A stretch of DNA of 64,000 bases from Acidimicrobiales bacterium (GTDB lineage Bacteria > Actinomycetota > Acidimicrobiia > Acidimicrobiales > SZUA-35). Positions 1 through 8,874 of the stretch are shown here, one piece after another. The position numbers and the translations under genes were made by a program. Within the stretch, counting starts at the first letter, position 1; each line of letters begins with the position of its first letter. The notes below the pieces were generated by a model. The model was not told the origin of the DNA. It saw only the letters and a program-made list of their open reading frames with translations, and did not search any database. The stretch spans positions 53 to 64,052 of the forward strand of contig JAWSVN010000003.1 of assembly GCA_033851875.1 (NCBI GenBank), given 5' to 3'.

Positions 1-1292
1 CGGCTGCGTCGGGGCACGAGGATCGTTCCGCCCGGCTGCTGCTCGGGGAACTCGAGGGGTTCGGCCTCGACATCGAGACCTTCGAGCCGACACCGGGGCG
101 GACATCGCTCGTCGCCCGCCATCACGGCACCGACCCCGACGCGCCCGCGTTGTGCCTGATGGGCCACACCGATGTGGTGCCCGTGTCGCCCGAGGGTTGG
201 CAGCGCGACCCGTTCGCCGCCGAGCTCGTCGCCGACCCCGCCACCGGCTCGCTCGACGGTGACGGTGCCGAGGTGTGGGGACGGGGAGCGGTCGACATGC
301 TCAACCTCACCTCGTCGATGGCGGTGGCCTTCAAGCACCTGGTCCGCAACGACATCCGCTATCCCGGCGACATCGTCTACTTCGCGGTCGCCGACGAGGA
401 GGCCGGCGGCGTACACGGGGCCGAACAACTGGTGCGCGACGAATGGGATGCCCTGCGCTGCGACTACCTGCTCACCGAGTTCGGAGGCTTCGCCACCCAC
501 GGCCCGGAGGGAAAGAGTCTGCAGATCACGACCGCCGAGAAGGGCATCGGCTGGCGGCGGCTCCACGTCAAGGGAACACCCGGCCATGGGTCGCGCCCGC
601 TGGGCGCCGACAACGCCCTGATCAAGGCGGCCGAGGTCGTGCGACGGTTGGCGGCCTTTGCCCCGAAGGCGAAGCTCGACGAACTGTGGGGTGCTCGCAT
701 CGAGGCCCTCGGGGTCGATGACGAGCTGCGGCGTCGCCTGCTCGATCCGGCGTCGGTCGACGACGCCATCTTCGAACTGCCCGAGCAGCACCAGGCCCTG
801 ACCCATGCGTGCTGCCACATGACCTTCAGCCCCAACGTTGCCCACGGCGGCGTGAAGACGAACGTCATTCCGGATCAGGTGACGATCGAGGTCGACATCC
901 GCACCTTGCCGGGCGAGACCCGGGCCGACGTCGAGGCCGCTCTGGCCGAGGCGCTCGGGGAGCTGATCCACCACGTCGAGGTCGAGGTCATCCACGAGGA
1001 CCCGTCGACGGCGTCGCCGATCGGCGGTCCTTTGTGGGATGCCGTCAAGAGCTCGATGCTGGTGGCGTATCCCGAGGCCAAGGTGTTGCCGTCGATGGTC
1101 ACCGGCGGCACCGACTCGCGGTTCTTCCGTCAGCGGGGCGTGGTGGCCTACGGCGCCGGCCTGCTCTCCGGAGCGATCGACGCGAGCGAGTTCTTCGACC
1201 GCTTCCACGGCCACAACGAACGGATCGACCGCAAGTCGCTCGAGCTCACCACCAAGCTCTGGTTCGACGTCTGCGACCGCCTCTGGACCTGA
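1..1292 (+). CDS. M20 family metallopeptidase (ArgE/DapE/CPG2-like); 5' end outside window
   Basis: The frame of ORF 150..1292 stays open to the window edge. Motifs GHTDVVP, ADEEAGG and GGTDSRFF are typical of M20 dinuclear-metal peptidases. GC3 bias is strong. Confidence 0.85.
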   Translation, partial: AASGHEDRSARLLLGELEGFGLDIETFEPTPGRTSLVARHHGTDPDAPALCLMGHTDVVPVSPEGWQRDPFAAELVADPATGSLDGDGAEVWGRGAVDMLNLTSSMAVAFKHLVRNDIRYPGDIVYFAVADEEAGGVHGAEQLVRDEWDALRCDYLLTEFGGFATHGPEGKSLQITTAEKGIGWRRLHVKGTPGHGSRPLGADNALIKAAEVVRRLAAFAPKAKLDELWGARIEALGVDDELRRRLLDPASVDDAIFELPEQHQALTHACCHMTFSPNVAHGGVKTNVIPDQVTIEVDIRTLPGETRADVEAALAEALGELIHHVEVEVIHEDPSTASPIGGPLWDAVKSSMLVAYPEAKVLPSMVTGGTDSRFFRQRGVVAYGAGLLSGAIDASEFFDRFHGHNERIDRKSLELTTKLWFDVCDRLWT

Positions 1293-1329
1293 GCCCAGCC
1301 GATCTCTCGAGCGCGAACGAGACCATCGG

Positions 1330-1369
1330 AAAACTGAAAAGGGCCGCTGCCTCGGTGAGACAGCGGCCC
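1330..1369 (-). terminator. Intrinsic terminator downstream of the cold-shock gene, lying between convergent genes
   Basis: A perfect 9-bp stem pairs GGGCCGCTG (1341-1349) with CAGCGGCCC (1361-1369) around an 11-nt loop. On the minus strand it is followed by TTTTCAGTTTT. Confidence 0.6.
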
Positions 1370-1384
1370 TCTGATCGAATCAGA

Positions 1385-1582
1385 TCAGACGACGCGAACG
1401 TTCTGGGCTTCCTCGCCCTTGCGCCCGGGAGCGACGTCGAATTCGACTCGCTGGCCCTCGTCGAGGGACTTGTAGCCGTCACCGGCGATGTTGGAGTAGT
1501 GAACGAAAACGTCGTCGCCACCCTCGCGTGAAATGAAGCCGAAGCCCTTTTCACTGTTGAAAAACTTGACCGTACCTTGCAT
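1385..1582 (-). CDS. cspA: Cold-shock protein (CspA family, CSD)
   Basis: Translation [32 protein letters not shown] carries the RNP1 (KGFGFI) and RNP2 (VFVHY) motifs. The ATG at 1582 lies inside the longer track ORF 1385..1630. Confidence 0.95.
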   Translation of the reverse strand: MQGTVKFFNSEKGFGFISREGGDDVFVHYSNIAGDGYKSLDEGQRVEFDVAPGRKGEEAQNVRVV

Positions 1583-1672
1583 GTGAAGTGCCTTCGTCTC
1601 GAGCCAGGTCAGGTGACCCGGCAGACACAAGGCTATGCCGTTCCGGCCGTTGTCGCGCTACCGGCACGGCAA

Positions 1673-2947
1673 TCAACGACCGAGCGCAACGTCCTGGCTG
1701 ACCATCGTGAGGCCGCGGCGGCCGATGCTGGACAGGGTGACGACGTCGTCGTCGTCGCCGGGCGGTGGCCAATCGACCTGGAGTCCGAGCGGCCGGGTGC
1801 CCTGCGGGCCGAGGAGGAGGAGGCGACCGTCGGGAAGAAAACGCGCCACTGGGAGCGGGCCGAGGCCCTTGGGTACCCCGATGCCAGCGCCGAGGTGGTC
1901 GCCGGCCTCGAGCGGCAAAATCCTGCCATCGCGACGCAGTTGCAGGATTCGGCCACCGTCGACGACAACACTCTCGCCGTCGTGCTCGCGCAGTGGCCCT
2001 GCCGGTCGCAGGAGGCGATCGCCGTGGGTCAGGTCGAGGGTCGGCCAGCACGCCGTCCACCCCAGGTACTGGTCGAGGCGGGTGAGCCCGGCGACGACGC
2101 ACCGCTCGGCCGCCCGCACCGGATCGGGCATGATGTCGGCGGCCGGCAACACGGACCGGAGCAACTCCAGCAGCAGGGGCTGATCGTGACCGCTGCCGGT
2201 CACGATCACCTGACCGAACCGGGACGACACCGCCGACCAGTCGTCGGGTCGCACGATCCCGTCGCGGTGGCTCAGCGACGCCCCCACGGTCAGACACCGG
2301 CGGAGTCGTTCGGTCACGGCCGCCGGGTCGTCGTCGGGGCCGGCGCTCAGAGGGTGGACCAGCAGGAGTCGTTCGGTGTCGGGGTCGGCGATCGTGAGCG
2401 ACACGTCGCCACCGTCGTTGTCGACAACGGCGACCGGTCCGGCGGGGAGCCGGCCCGACAGCTCGACCCGATGGGCCAGCCAGCCGGCCATCGCTGCGAT
2501 CGAACGATCGACCACATCGCAGGCCGCGATCTCGAGCCCTTGGCGGGAGAACGCGTCGCGCAACAGCCGTCGACCCCGGGGCCCGAGGCTGGACGGGACA
2601 CCGAGTAGCACCCGCAGCTCGAACAGGTCCTCGGCGTCGAGATCGAGAGCGTCGGCCACCGAGTCGACGATCACGCCGGCGACGGCGTCGGCCAGCATCA
2701 TCGCCTCGGCGCTGTCGAGGGCGACGAGCTCTCGCAGCCGGTCGGTGATCCGGTGCCCGGACCCGTCGTCGTCGAACCACCGCAGGAGCAGCCCGTCGTG
2801 GCGATCGCCGAGTTGGACGAAGCGAGCCTCGTCGAGCCGATGCGACGCGAAGACGCGATGTCGTCCGAGGTCGATGCCGACCACCTCGCGGGGCGAGTCG
2901 TCGATCGGCGGCTCGGCGCGAGGCGGCGGTGGAGGCGCGGCGCTCAC
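1673..2947 (-). CDS. Hsp70/actin-fold ATPase-like protein (divergent), function unknown
   Basis: VVGIDLG (phosphate-1-like) and VVDNDGGDVSLTI (phosphate-2-like) motifs are followed by a roughly 170-aa C-terminal domain. The start is uncertain: GTG at 2947, or GTG at 2884 giving an N-terminus of VVGIDLG. Confidence 0.6.
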   Translation of the reverse strand: MSAAPPPPPRAEPPIDDSPREVVGIDLGRHRVFASHRLDEARFVQLGDRHDGLLLRWFDDDGSGHRITDRLRELVALDSAEAMMLADAVAGVIVDSVADALDLDAEDLFELRVLLGVPSSLGPRGRRLLRDAFSRQGLEIAACDVVDRSIAAMAGWLAHRVELSGRLPAGPVAVVDNDGGDVSLTIADPDTERLLLVHPLSAGPDDDPAAVTERLRRCLTVGASLSHRDGIVRPDDWSAVSSRFGQVIVTGSGHDQPLLLELLRSVLPAADIMPDPVRAAERCVVAGLTRLDQYLGWTACWPTLDLTHGDRLLRPAGPLREHDGESVVVDGGRILQLRRDGRILPLEAGDHLGAGIGVPKGLGPLPVARFLPDGRLLLLGPQGTRPLGLQVDWPPPGDDDDVVTLSSIGRRGLTMVSQDVALGR

Positions 2948-3032
2948 CTTCCAGAAGGTAGTGCTGGAAGGGGTCGACAGCTACGGGCAATCCGCCCTTG
3001 GCTGCCTGGGCCGTCGAGGGCGTTATCCCAGT

Positions 3033-3848
3033 TCAGTCGAAGTTCGGCTTGCGCTTCTCGACGATTGCGGCGCGACCTTCGGCGACGTCGTTGCCCATGA
3101 AGTTGAGCATCTCGAACGCGAGGCTGGCGTCGAACGCCGGAGCGGCCTGATTGACCCACAGGTTCAGCGCCCGCTTGGTCCAGCGAGCGGCGTCCTGGGG
3201 GCCGGTGGCGATCTTCGTCGCCACCGCCATCGCGGTGTCCATCAGCTCCTCGCCGGGCACGGACTTCGAGACCAGGCCGATCTGATCGGCGGTCTTGCCG
3301 TCGATGAAGTCGGAGGTGATCAGGTAGTACTTGGCCTTGGCCAGGCCACACAGCAGCGGCCAGATGATGTTGGCGTGATCCCCGGCGGCCACGCCGAGGC
3401 GCAGGTGCCCGTCGGTGAAGCGAGCATCGTCCGCGATGATCGAGATGTCGGCCATCAGACCGACCGCCAGACCGGCGCCGACCGCCACGCCGTTGATCGC
3501 CGACACGATGATCTTGGAGCACCGGGTCATGCCGTAGACGATGTCGCCGGCCTCCTTGAAGGCGACCTTCATGCCGTCGTAGTCGTTGACCATCGTGTCG
3601 AGCCACTCGAGGTCGCCGCCGGCGCTGAACGCCTTTCCGGCGCCGGTCACGATCACGACGCGGGTCTCGGCGTCGTCGTCGATGTCGGTCCACACCCGGC
3701 TCAGCGCGTTGTGGGTGCGCTGATCGGTGGCGTTCATCGGCGGCCGGTCGATCGTCATCAGCAGGATGCCGTGCTCGAGCCGCTCGAATCGAAGGTCGGG
3801 GAATTTGGTGAACCAGTGGTCGGGGTCAAGCGTGGGGACGTGGGTCAC
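3033..3848 (-). CDS. Enoyl-CoA hydratase/isomerase (crotonase) family protein
   Basis: Motifs include VVIVTGAGKAFSAGGDL and INGVAVGAGLAVGLMADI. GTG at 3848 is preceded by AGGAG. The upstream part of track ORF 3033..4097 is Arg-rich non-coding-like sequence. Confidence 0.85.
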   Translation of the reverse strand: MTHVPTLDPDHWFTKFPDLRFERLEHGILLMTIDRPPMNATDQRTHNALSRVWTDIDDDAETRVVIVTGAGKAFSAGGDLEWLDTMVNDYDGMKVAFKEAGDIVYGMTRCSKIIVSAINGVAVGAGLAVGLMADISIIADDARFTDGHLRLGVAAGDHANIIWPLLCGLAKAKYYLITSDFIDGKTADQIGLVSKSVPGEELMDTAMAVATKIATGPQDAARWTKRALNLWVNQAAPAFDASLAFEMLNFMGNDVAEGRAAIVEKRKPNFD

Positions 3849-3880
3849 GAGAGGCTCCTGTGGGGGATCGGGGTGGTGGG

Positions 3881-4636
3881 TCAGGACATCGTCAGGCCGC
3901 CGGACACCGACAGGGTCTGCCCCGTCACGTAGCCGGCGCCCTCGGACGCGAAGTAGACGACGGCCGACGCGATGTCGGCCGGTTGGGCGAGTCGCTTCAT
4001 CGGGACGGCTCGCTCCAGGGCGGTCACCATCTTCTCGCCCTGGGGGCCGTCGCCGGCGAGCTCGGCCAGCAGGGGCGTGTCGGTGGGGCCGGGACACACG
4101 GTGTTGGCGGTGACCCCGGCTCGAGCGGCTTCACGGGCGATCGTCTTGGTGAAGGCGATCACCCCGCCCTTGGCGCCGGAGTAGACCGACTCCATCGACG
4201 ACCCGACCCGTCCGGCGTCGGAGGCGATGTTGACGATGCGTCCCCAGCCCGCCGCTTGCATCGCCGGCAGGCAGGCGTGGGTGGTGCGCAGCATGCCTTT
4301 GTAGTTGATGTCGATGATGCGGTCCCAGAACGCCTCGTCGGTGTCGACGAAGAGCTTGAAGTCGTCCCAGCCGGCACAGTTGACGAGGACCTCGGGGGCG
4401 CCCCAGGCCTCGGTCACGGCCTCGACGGCGGCCGTCACCGCGGCGGAGTCGGTGATGTCGAGGGGCAGCGCCATCGCCTCGCCTCCGGCGTCGCGGATGG
4501 CGGCGGCCGTGGCTTCGGCGTCGTCGCCGAGCAGGTCGGTGACGACGACCGCGCGCTCGTCGGCGGCCAAGCCCTCGCAGATCGCCCGACCGATGCCGCG
4601 GGCGCCGCCGGTGACGAGGGCGACCCGGCGGGTCAC
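3881..4636 (-). CDS. SDR family oxidoreductase
   Basis: Shows TGGARGIG (Rossmann), NCAG and YSGAKGG (YxxxK). The GTG start at 4636 overlaps the upstream stop (GTGA). The rest of track ORF 3881..5740 is shadow. Confidence 0.85.
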   Translation of the reverse strand: MTRRVALVTGGARGIGRAICEGLAADERAVVVTDLLGDDAEATAAAIRDAGGEAMALPLDITDSAAVTAAVEAVTEAWGAPEVLVNCAGWDDFKLFVDTDEAFWDRIIDINYKGMLRTTHACLPAMQAAGWGRIVNIASDAGRVGSSMESVYSGAKGGVIAFTKTIAREAARAGVTANTVCPGPTDTPLLAELAGDGPQGEKMVTALERAVPMKRLAQPADIASAVVYFASEGAGYVTGQTLSVSGGLTMS

Positions 4637-5679
4637 CGGGCGCCGCCGTCGTGGGCTCGCACGGCCCGGGCGATCTCGCCCCACTTCCCGGCCGTGGTCG
4701 GGTCGCTCATGATCTGGTCCTGGCCGAGGTAGGTGACGACCCGGGAGGCGACGCCGGCGTAGCGTTCGATCAGCTTGTCGGCGAGCTCGTCCCACGGGGC
4801 GAGCAGGGCGTAGTGCCCGAGCATCTCGTCGGTCACCTGGGCGGCTGCACCGGGGATGTCGCCGGCCTTCATCTTCTCCCGGATGCGTCCGGTCGTGCCC
4901 TCGAACCCGAGGTCGTCGAACTGGAACGCGTAGTTGGGGGTCGAACCGTAGAAGGCGATCTGGGTGCGGGCCCGCTCCCGCAGCGCGGCCTGTTCCTCGG
5001 GGGTGTCGCCGGGCACGGCGAACACCGGGATGATCAGGTCGATGTCGTCGGTCGAGCGCCCGGCATCGGCAGTGCCCTCGGCGACGCCGGGCAGGAGGCG
5101 GTTCTCGATGTAGGGCATCGAGTGCAGCGGATGGACGTGGATGCCGTCCGCGACCCGGCCGGCGATCTTGGTCATGTAGGGGCCGACGGCGGAGATGTCG
5201 ACCTTGACGTCGCCGAAGTCGTGTCGTGGTGGCGCCCAGTCGCCCGGCAGGAGGCTCAGGTTGTAGTAGGGCCCCTCGTGGTGGAGCTTCTCCTCGCCCC
5301 GGAACGCCCGCAGGCACGCCTTCACCGCCGCGACGTAATCGGCCATGCGCGGCCCGGGCGGGTCGAACTCGGTGGCGTAGCGGCGCTCGACGTGGGCCCG
5401 CACCTGGCTGCCGAGGCCGAGCCGGAACCGGCCCTCGGTGTTCTGGGCCAGCTCCCAGGCCACCGCCGCCGACACCATCGGCGAGCGGGGAAAGGCCACC
5501 GCGATACCGGTGGTGAAGTGGAGCGACGGGGCCGCCTGCGCGGCCGAGGCGATCATCATCCAGGGCGTCTGGCTGGTCTCGGTGTAGAGCAGCCCGCTGA
5601 AGCCGAGCTCCTCCACCGTGCGGGCCAGGCGGGCGGTGTCGGCCCACGTGGCCGCCCCCGTCATCAGGTCGAATTCCAT
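4633..5679 (-). CDS. LLM-class (luciferase-like) F420-dependent oxidoreductase
   Basis: Translation from MEFDLMTG... resembles luciferase-like monooxygenase proteins (GRFRLGLGSQV, FYGSTPNY). The ATG at 5679 is inside track ORF 4633..5898. Confidence 0.8.
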   Translation of the reverse strand: MEFDLMTGAATWADTARLARTVEELGFSGLLYTETSQTPWMMIASAAQAAPSLHFTTGIAVAFPRSPMVSAAVAWELAQNTEGRFRLGLGSQVRAHVERRYATEFDPPGPRMADYVAAVKACLRAFRGEEKLHHEGPYYNLSLLPGDWAPPRHDFGDVKVDISAVGPYMTKIAGRVADGIHVHPLHSMPYIENRLLPGVAEGTADAGRSTDDIDLIIPVFAVPGDTPEEQAALRERARTQIAFYGSTPNYAFQFDDLGFEGTTGRIREKMKAGDIPGAAAQVTDEMLGHYALLAPWDELADKLIERYAGVASRVVTYLGQDQIMSDPTTAGKWGEIARAVRAHDGGAR

Positions 5680-5811
5680 GGCTACCCCCTCGTTGCCGTG
5701 TCGCCCCCCACTGTCGTCCACGGAGGGGTCCGTCGTCCAAGCCAACGGCGTCGAGCGGTGGCGAATGCGGCGCTCAGGATGTCGGCGCGGCCGAATAGGG
5801 TGACCGGCGAG

Positions 5812-8800
5812 ATGTCCGACCTGCCCGATCTGTTCGCCCAGCAAGCCGCCGCCGTCCAGCTGGCGGCGGTCGGTGACGCGGCGGTCGACGCGGTGCACGA
5901 CGCGCTGGCCGCCGGGCGCGACGACCCCCTCGCCCCGGCCGTGGTGGTGTGCGACGCGCCGTTGCGGGCCGTCGCTCTACGCCGCGCGCTGGCGGCTCGG
6001 CAGGGGTATGCGGCGGTCGATGTGATCACCACCGAAGGGCTGCTCGACCGGCTGGTGCTGCCGTGGTTGACCGAGATCGGCCACCGGCCGGCGTCGCGGC
6101 TCGAGGTGCTCACCGCCGTCGCCGCCGAACTGGCCGAGCGCCCCGGCCGCTTCGGTCGGGTGGCCAACCACCGGGCAACCGCCGAGCGGCTCCTCCGACT
6201 CGAGCGGCTCATCGCCGGTCTCGACCGCGACGACCTGGCGAGGCTGGAGGACGACCCCACGCTCGGGGCCGAGGCGGTCGGCGTGCTGCGCCGAGCGGCG
6301 AAGCGACTCGGCCGAGCCCGCACCCGTGGCACGCTGGTCGACGTCGCCGTCGAACGCCTCGACGCCGTCGCCACCGGGTCGTGGGGGCCGATCGTGCTGT
6401 TCCTGCCCGATCCGTCGTCGGTCGACGAGGCGCGCCTGTTCGCCGCCCTCGCCCGCCGCCACGACGTCACCATCGTCGTGGGCCAGGTCGGCGACGAGGG
6501 CATCGACCGGGGACATCTCGAACGGCTCGCCGGATGGGGGGTGGTGCCGCCGTCGACGACCCGCCGCCTCGACCTCGACGCCCCGACGGCGCGCCGGCTC
6601 GAGGCCGCCGACCCCGACGACGAGGTGCGGGCCGCCCTGCGTTCCGTGAGCGCCTGGGCCGCGTCCGGCACGCCGCTCAACCGGATCGCCGTGCTCTACC
6701 CGTCGGCCGACCCCTACGCCAGCCTGCTGTTCGATCGGCTGACCGAGGCCGGGCTTCCCCACTGTGGCCCGGGCCATCGTCCCCTCTCCCGTTCGCTCGC
6801 CGGCCGCACCCTGCTGCGGTTGCTGCGACTCCGGGCCGACGGACTCGAACGGTCGGCGGTGATCGCTCTGCTGTCGGGGGCGCCCCTCGTCGACGGCGCC
6901 GGCCGATCGTTGCCGGTGGCGGCGTGGGACCGGCTGTCTCGCCAGGCCGGGGTGATCGACGGTGACGACTGGCGGCCCCGACTCGAGGCGCTGGCCGGCG
7001 GTCTCGAGGCGACCGAGCCCGGCGCGGCGGAAGCGGCCCGGGGGCTCGCCGACTTCGTCGACGAGCTCGACACGGCCCTCCACCCCGAAGGTGGGCTCGA
7101 CAACTGGTGGGCGTGGGGACACTGGGCGGCCGGGCTGCTCCGCTCCTACCTGCCGACACGGGCGTGGCCCGACGCGGAACGGCGGGCGTTCGACCGGATC
7201 GTCTCGACCCTGGAGCGGCTCCGGGTCCTCGACCAGGTGGCCACGTCGTCGACCGAGACCAGCCACGACTCCGACGCCTTCGCCGCGGTGTTCGCCGAGA
7301 CGATCGCCTCGGAGCTCGACGCCGGCAAGGTGCCCGGCATCCCACTCGGCCCTGGCCTGGTGGTGGCCCCGATCGACGCCGTCGCCGGACTGGCCTTCGA
7401 TCGGGTAGTGGTCGTCGGTGCGGCGGAGGGGGTGTGGCCGCGCACCCCGAGGCCCGACTCGCTGCTGCCCGACCAGGCTCGGGCCCGCCTCCGGGTGCCG
7501 GTCCCGGCGTCGTCCGATCTCACCGACCTCGACATCCGCACCGCGGCCGTCGCCGTCGCAGCCTCACGCAACCCGGCGTTGATCACCACGTCCCGGGGCG
7601 ACCTGCGCTCGAATCGGGCCCGGCACTGGCCTCGGGTCCTCGACCCGGTGATCGATCCCGACGCCGACCTGGTCCTGGCGTCGCACCACCAGGGCTTGGC
7701 CTCGCACGCTCGCCCCGAGTCCGAGGCCAGCTTCTCGCTCCGGAGCCTGATCGCCCACGTCGATCGCGACGAGCCGGTCGACGTGCACCCGGCAGCGCTC
7801 GGCGACCCGGTGCTGTCGGCCGGGCTCACCCGCTGGCTCGAACGACGCCGACCCGAGCTGACCACCCACTCCGGTCGGGTCGCGGCCGGATCGATCGACC
7901 CGACCACGAAGCTCCTGTCGCCCACGGCGTTGGAGGACTATGCGTCGTGCCCCCGTCGGTATCTGTTCGCGAGGGTGCTGCGGATCGCCGAGGAGGAACG
8001 GCCCGAACGGATCGACGAGATCACGCCCCGCGACCGGGGCACCCTGGTTCACGCCATCCTCGAACGCTTCGTGCAGGAGGCGATCGACAGCGACGCGGTG
8101 CCGTCGCCCGACGTCCCCTGGTCGGCGGCCCAGGTGAGTCGGCTGCTCGCCATCGGCGAGGAGGAGATCGAGACCGCTCGGGCCCAGGGCATCACCGGCG
8201 GTCGGGTGCAGACCGAACTGCTGCGACGAGCCGTGGAGCGCGAGCTCTACGGCTGGCTGACCCTCGACGCCGAGATCCGGAGCGAGTTGCGGAGCCGCCC
8301 CCACGCCACCGAGTGGGAGTTCGGCTTCGGTGAGGAACGCCGGGTGACGCTGGCCGACGGACGTTCGTTCCCGATGCGGGGCTACGTCGACCGGGTCGAC
8401 CTCACCGACGACGGTGGCGTCGTGGTGATCGACTACAAGGGGGGGAGTGGTGCCGGCTACGCCAAGATGGCCGAGGATCCGCTCAAGAGCGGGCAGCGGC
8501 TCCAGCTGCCGCTCTACGCCCGGGTCCTCGCCGACCAGCTCGACCTGACCGGTCCCCGCACGGCCCTCTATTGGTTGACCAAGGGTGCCGACCGGCGCGA
8601 CATGGTGCTCGACGCCGACCTCGATGCCGAACTCGATCGGCTCCTCGGCGCCGCCCTCGACGGGATCGCGGCGGGGCTGTTCCCCGGCCTGCCGGGTGAG
8701 GCCACCGCCTGGCCCCGGGCCAGCTTCGACAACTGCAAGTGGTGTGACTTCGATCGGATCTGTCCGACCGACCGCCAGGCCGAATGGGACCGGGTGGCCG

Positions 8801-8874
8801 ACGACTCGGCGCTGACCCCGATCGACCTCCTGCTCGGGCGAGGCGGCGACGAGGGTCCGGGGGGTGCCCGATGA
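5812..8874 (+). CDS. AddB/AdnA-like helicase-nuclease subunit (no Walker A seen) with C-terminal Fe-S PD-(D/E)XK nuclease
   Basis: This is the C-terminal 1020 codons of track ORF 4651..8874. It carries a nuclease motif (VDRVDL...VVIDYKGG...QLPLYA) and four Cys (C...CKWCDFDRIC) as in AddB iron-staple domains. No GxGKT motif was seen. The start is uncertain (5779, 5800 or 5812). Confidence 0.7.
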   Translation: MSDLPDLFAQQAAAVQLAAVGDAAVDAVHDALAAGRDDPLAPAVVVCDAPLRAVALRRALAARQGYAAVDVITTEGLLDRLVLPWLTEIGHRPASRLEVLTAVAAELAERPGRFGRVANHRATAERLLRLERLIAGLDRDDLARLEDDPTLGAEAVGVLRRAAKRLGRARTRGTLVDVAVERLDAVATGSWGPIVLFLPDPSSVDEARLFAALARRHDVTIVVGQVGDEGIDRGHLERLAGWGVVPPSTTRRLDLDAPTARRLEAADPDDEVRAALRSVSAWAASGTPLNRIAVLYPSADPYASLLFDRLTEAGLPHCGPGHRPLSRSLAGRTLLRLLRLRADGLERSAVIALLSGAPLVDGAGRSLPVAAWDRLSRQAGVIDGDDWRPRLEALAGGLEATEPGAAEAARGLADFVDELDTALHPEGGLDNWWAWGHWAAGLLRSYLPTRAWPDAERRAFDRIVSTLERLRVLDQVATSSTETSHDSDAFAAVFAETIASELDAGKVPGIPLGPGLVVAPIDAVAGLAFDRVVVVGAAEGVWPRTPRPDSLLPDQARARLRVPVPASSDLTDLDIRTAAVAVAASRNPALITTSRGDLRSNRARHWPRVLDPVIDPDADLVLASHHQGLASHARPESEASFSLRSLIAHVDRDEPVDVHPAALGDPVLSAGLTRWLERRRPELTTHSGRVAAGSIDPTTKLLSPTALEDYASCPRRYLFARVLRIAEEERPERIDEITPRDRGTLVHAILERFVQEAIDSDAVPSPDVPWSAAQVSRLLAIGEEEIETARAQGITGGRVQTELLRRAVERELYGWLTLDAEIRSELRSRPHATEWEFGFGEERRVTLADGRSFPMRGYVDRVDLTDDGGVVVIDYKGGSGAGYAKMAEDPLKSGQRLQLPLYARVLADQLDLTGPRTALYWLTKGADRRDMVLDADLDAELDRLLGAALDGIAAGLFPGLPGEATAWPRASFDNCKWCDFDRICPTDRQAEWDRVADDSALTPIDLLLGRGGDEGPGGAR

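Noticed and set aside
1551-2990. 479-aa Arg/Pro-rich minus-strand ORF, plus ORFs 1577..2608 and 2376..3932
   Set aside because: These are out-of-frame or antisense overlaps of the Hsp70-like gene and cspA. The extreme Arg/Pro/Ser content is not protein-like.
4651-5811. N-terminal 387 codons of the 1407-aa ORF 4651..8874
   Set aside because: This part runs antisense to the LLM oxidoreductase and SDR genes and is Gly/Arg/Val-rich. The AddB-like coding region plausibly begins only at about 5779-5812, in the intergenic gap.
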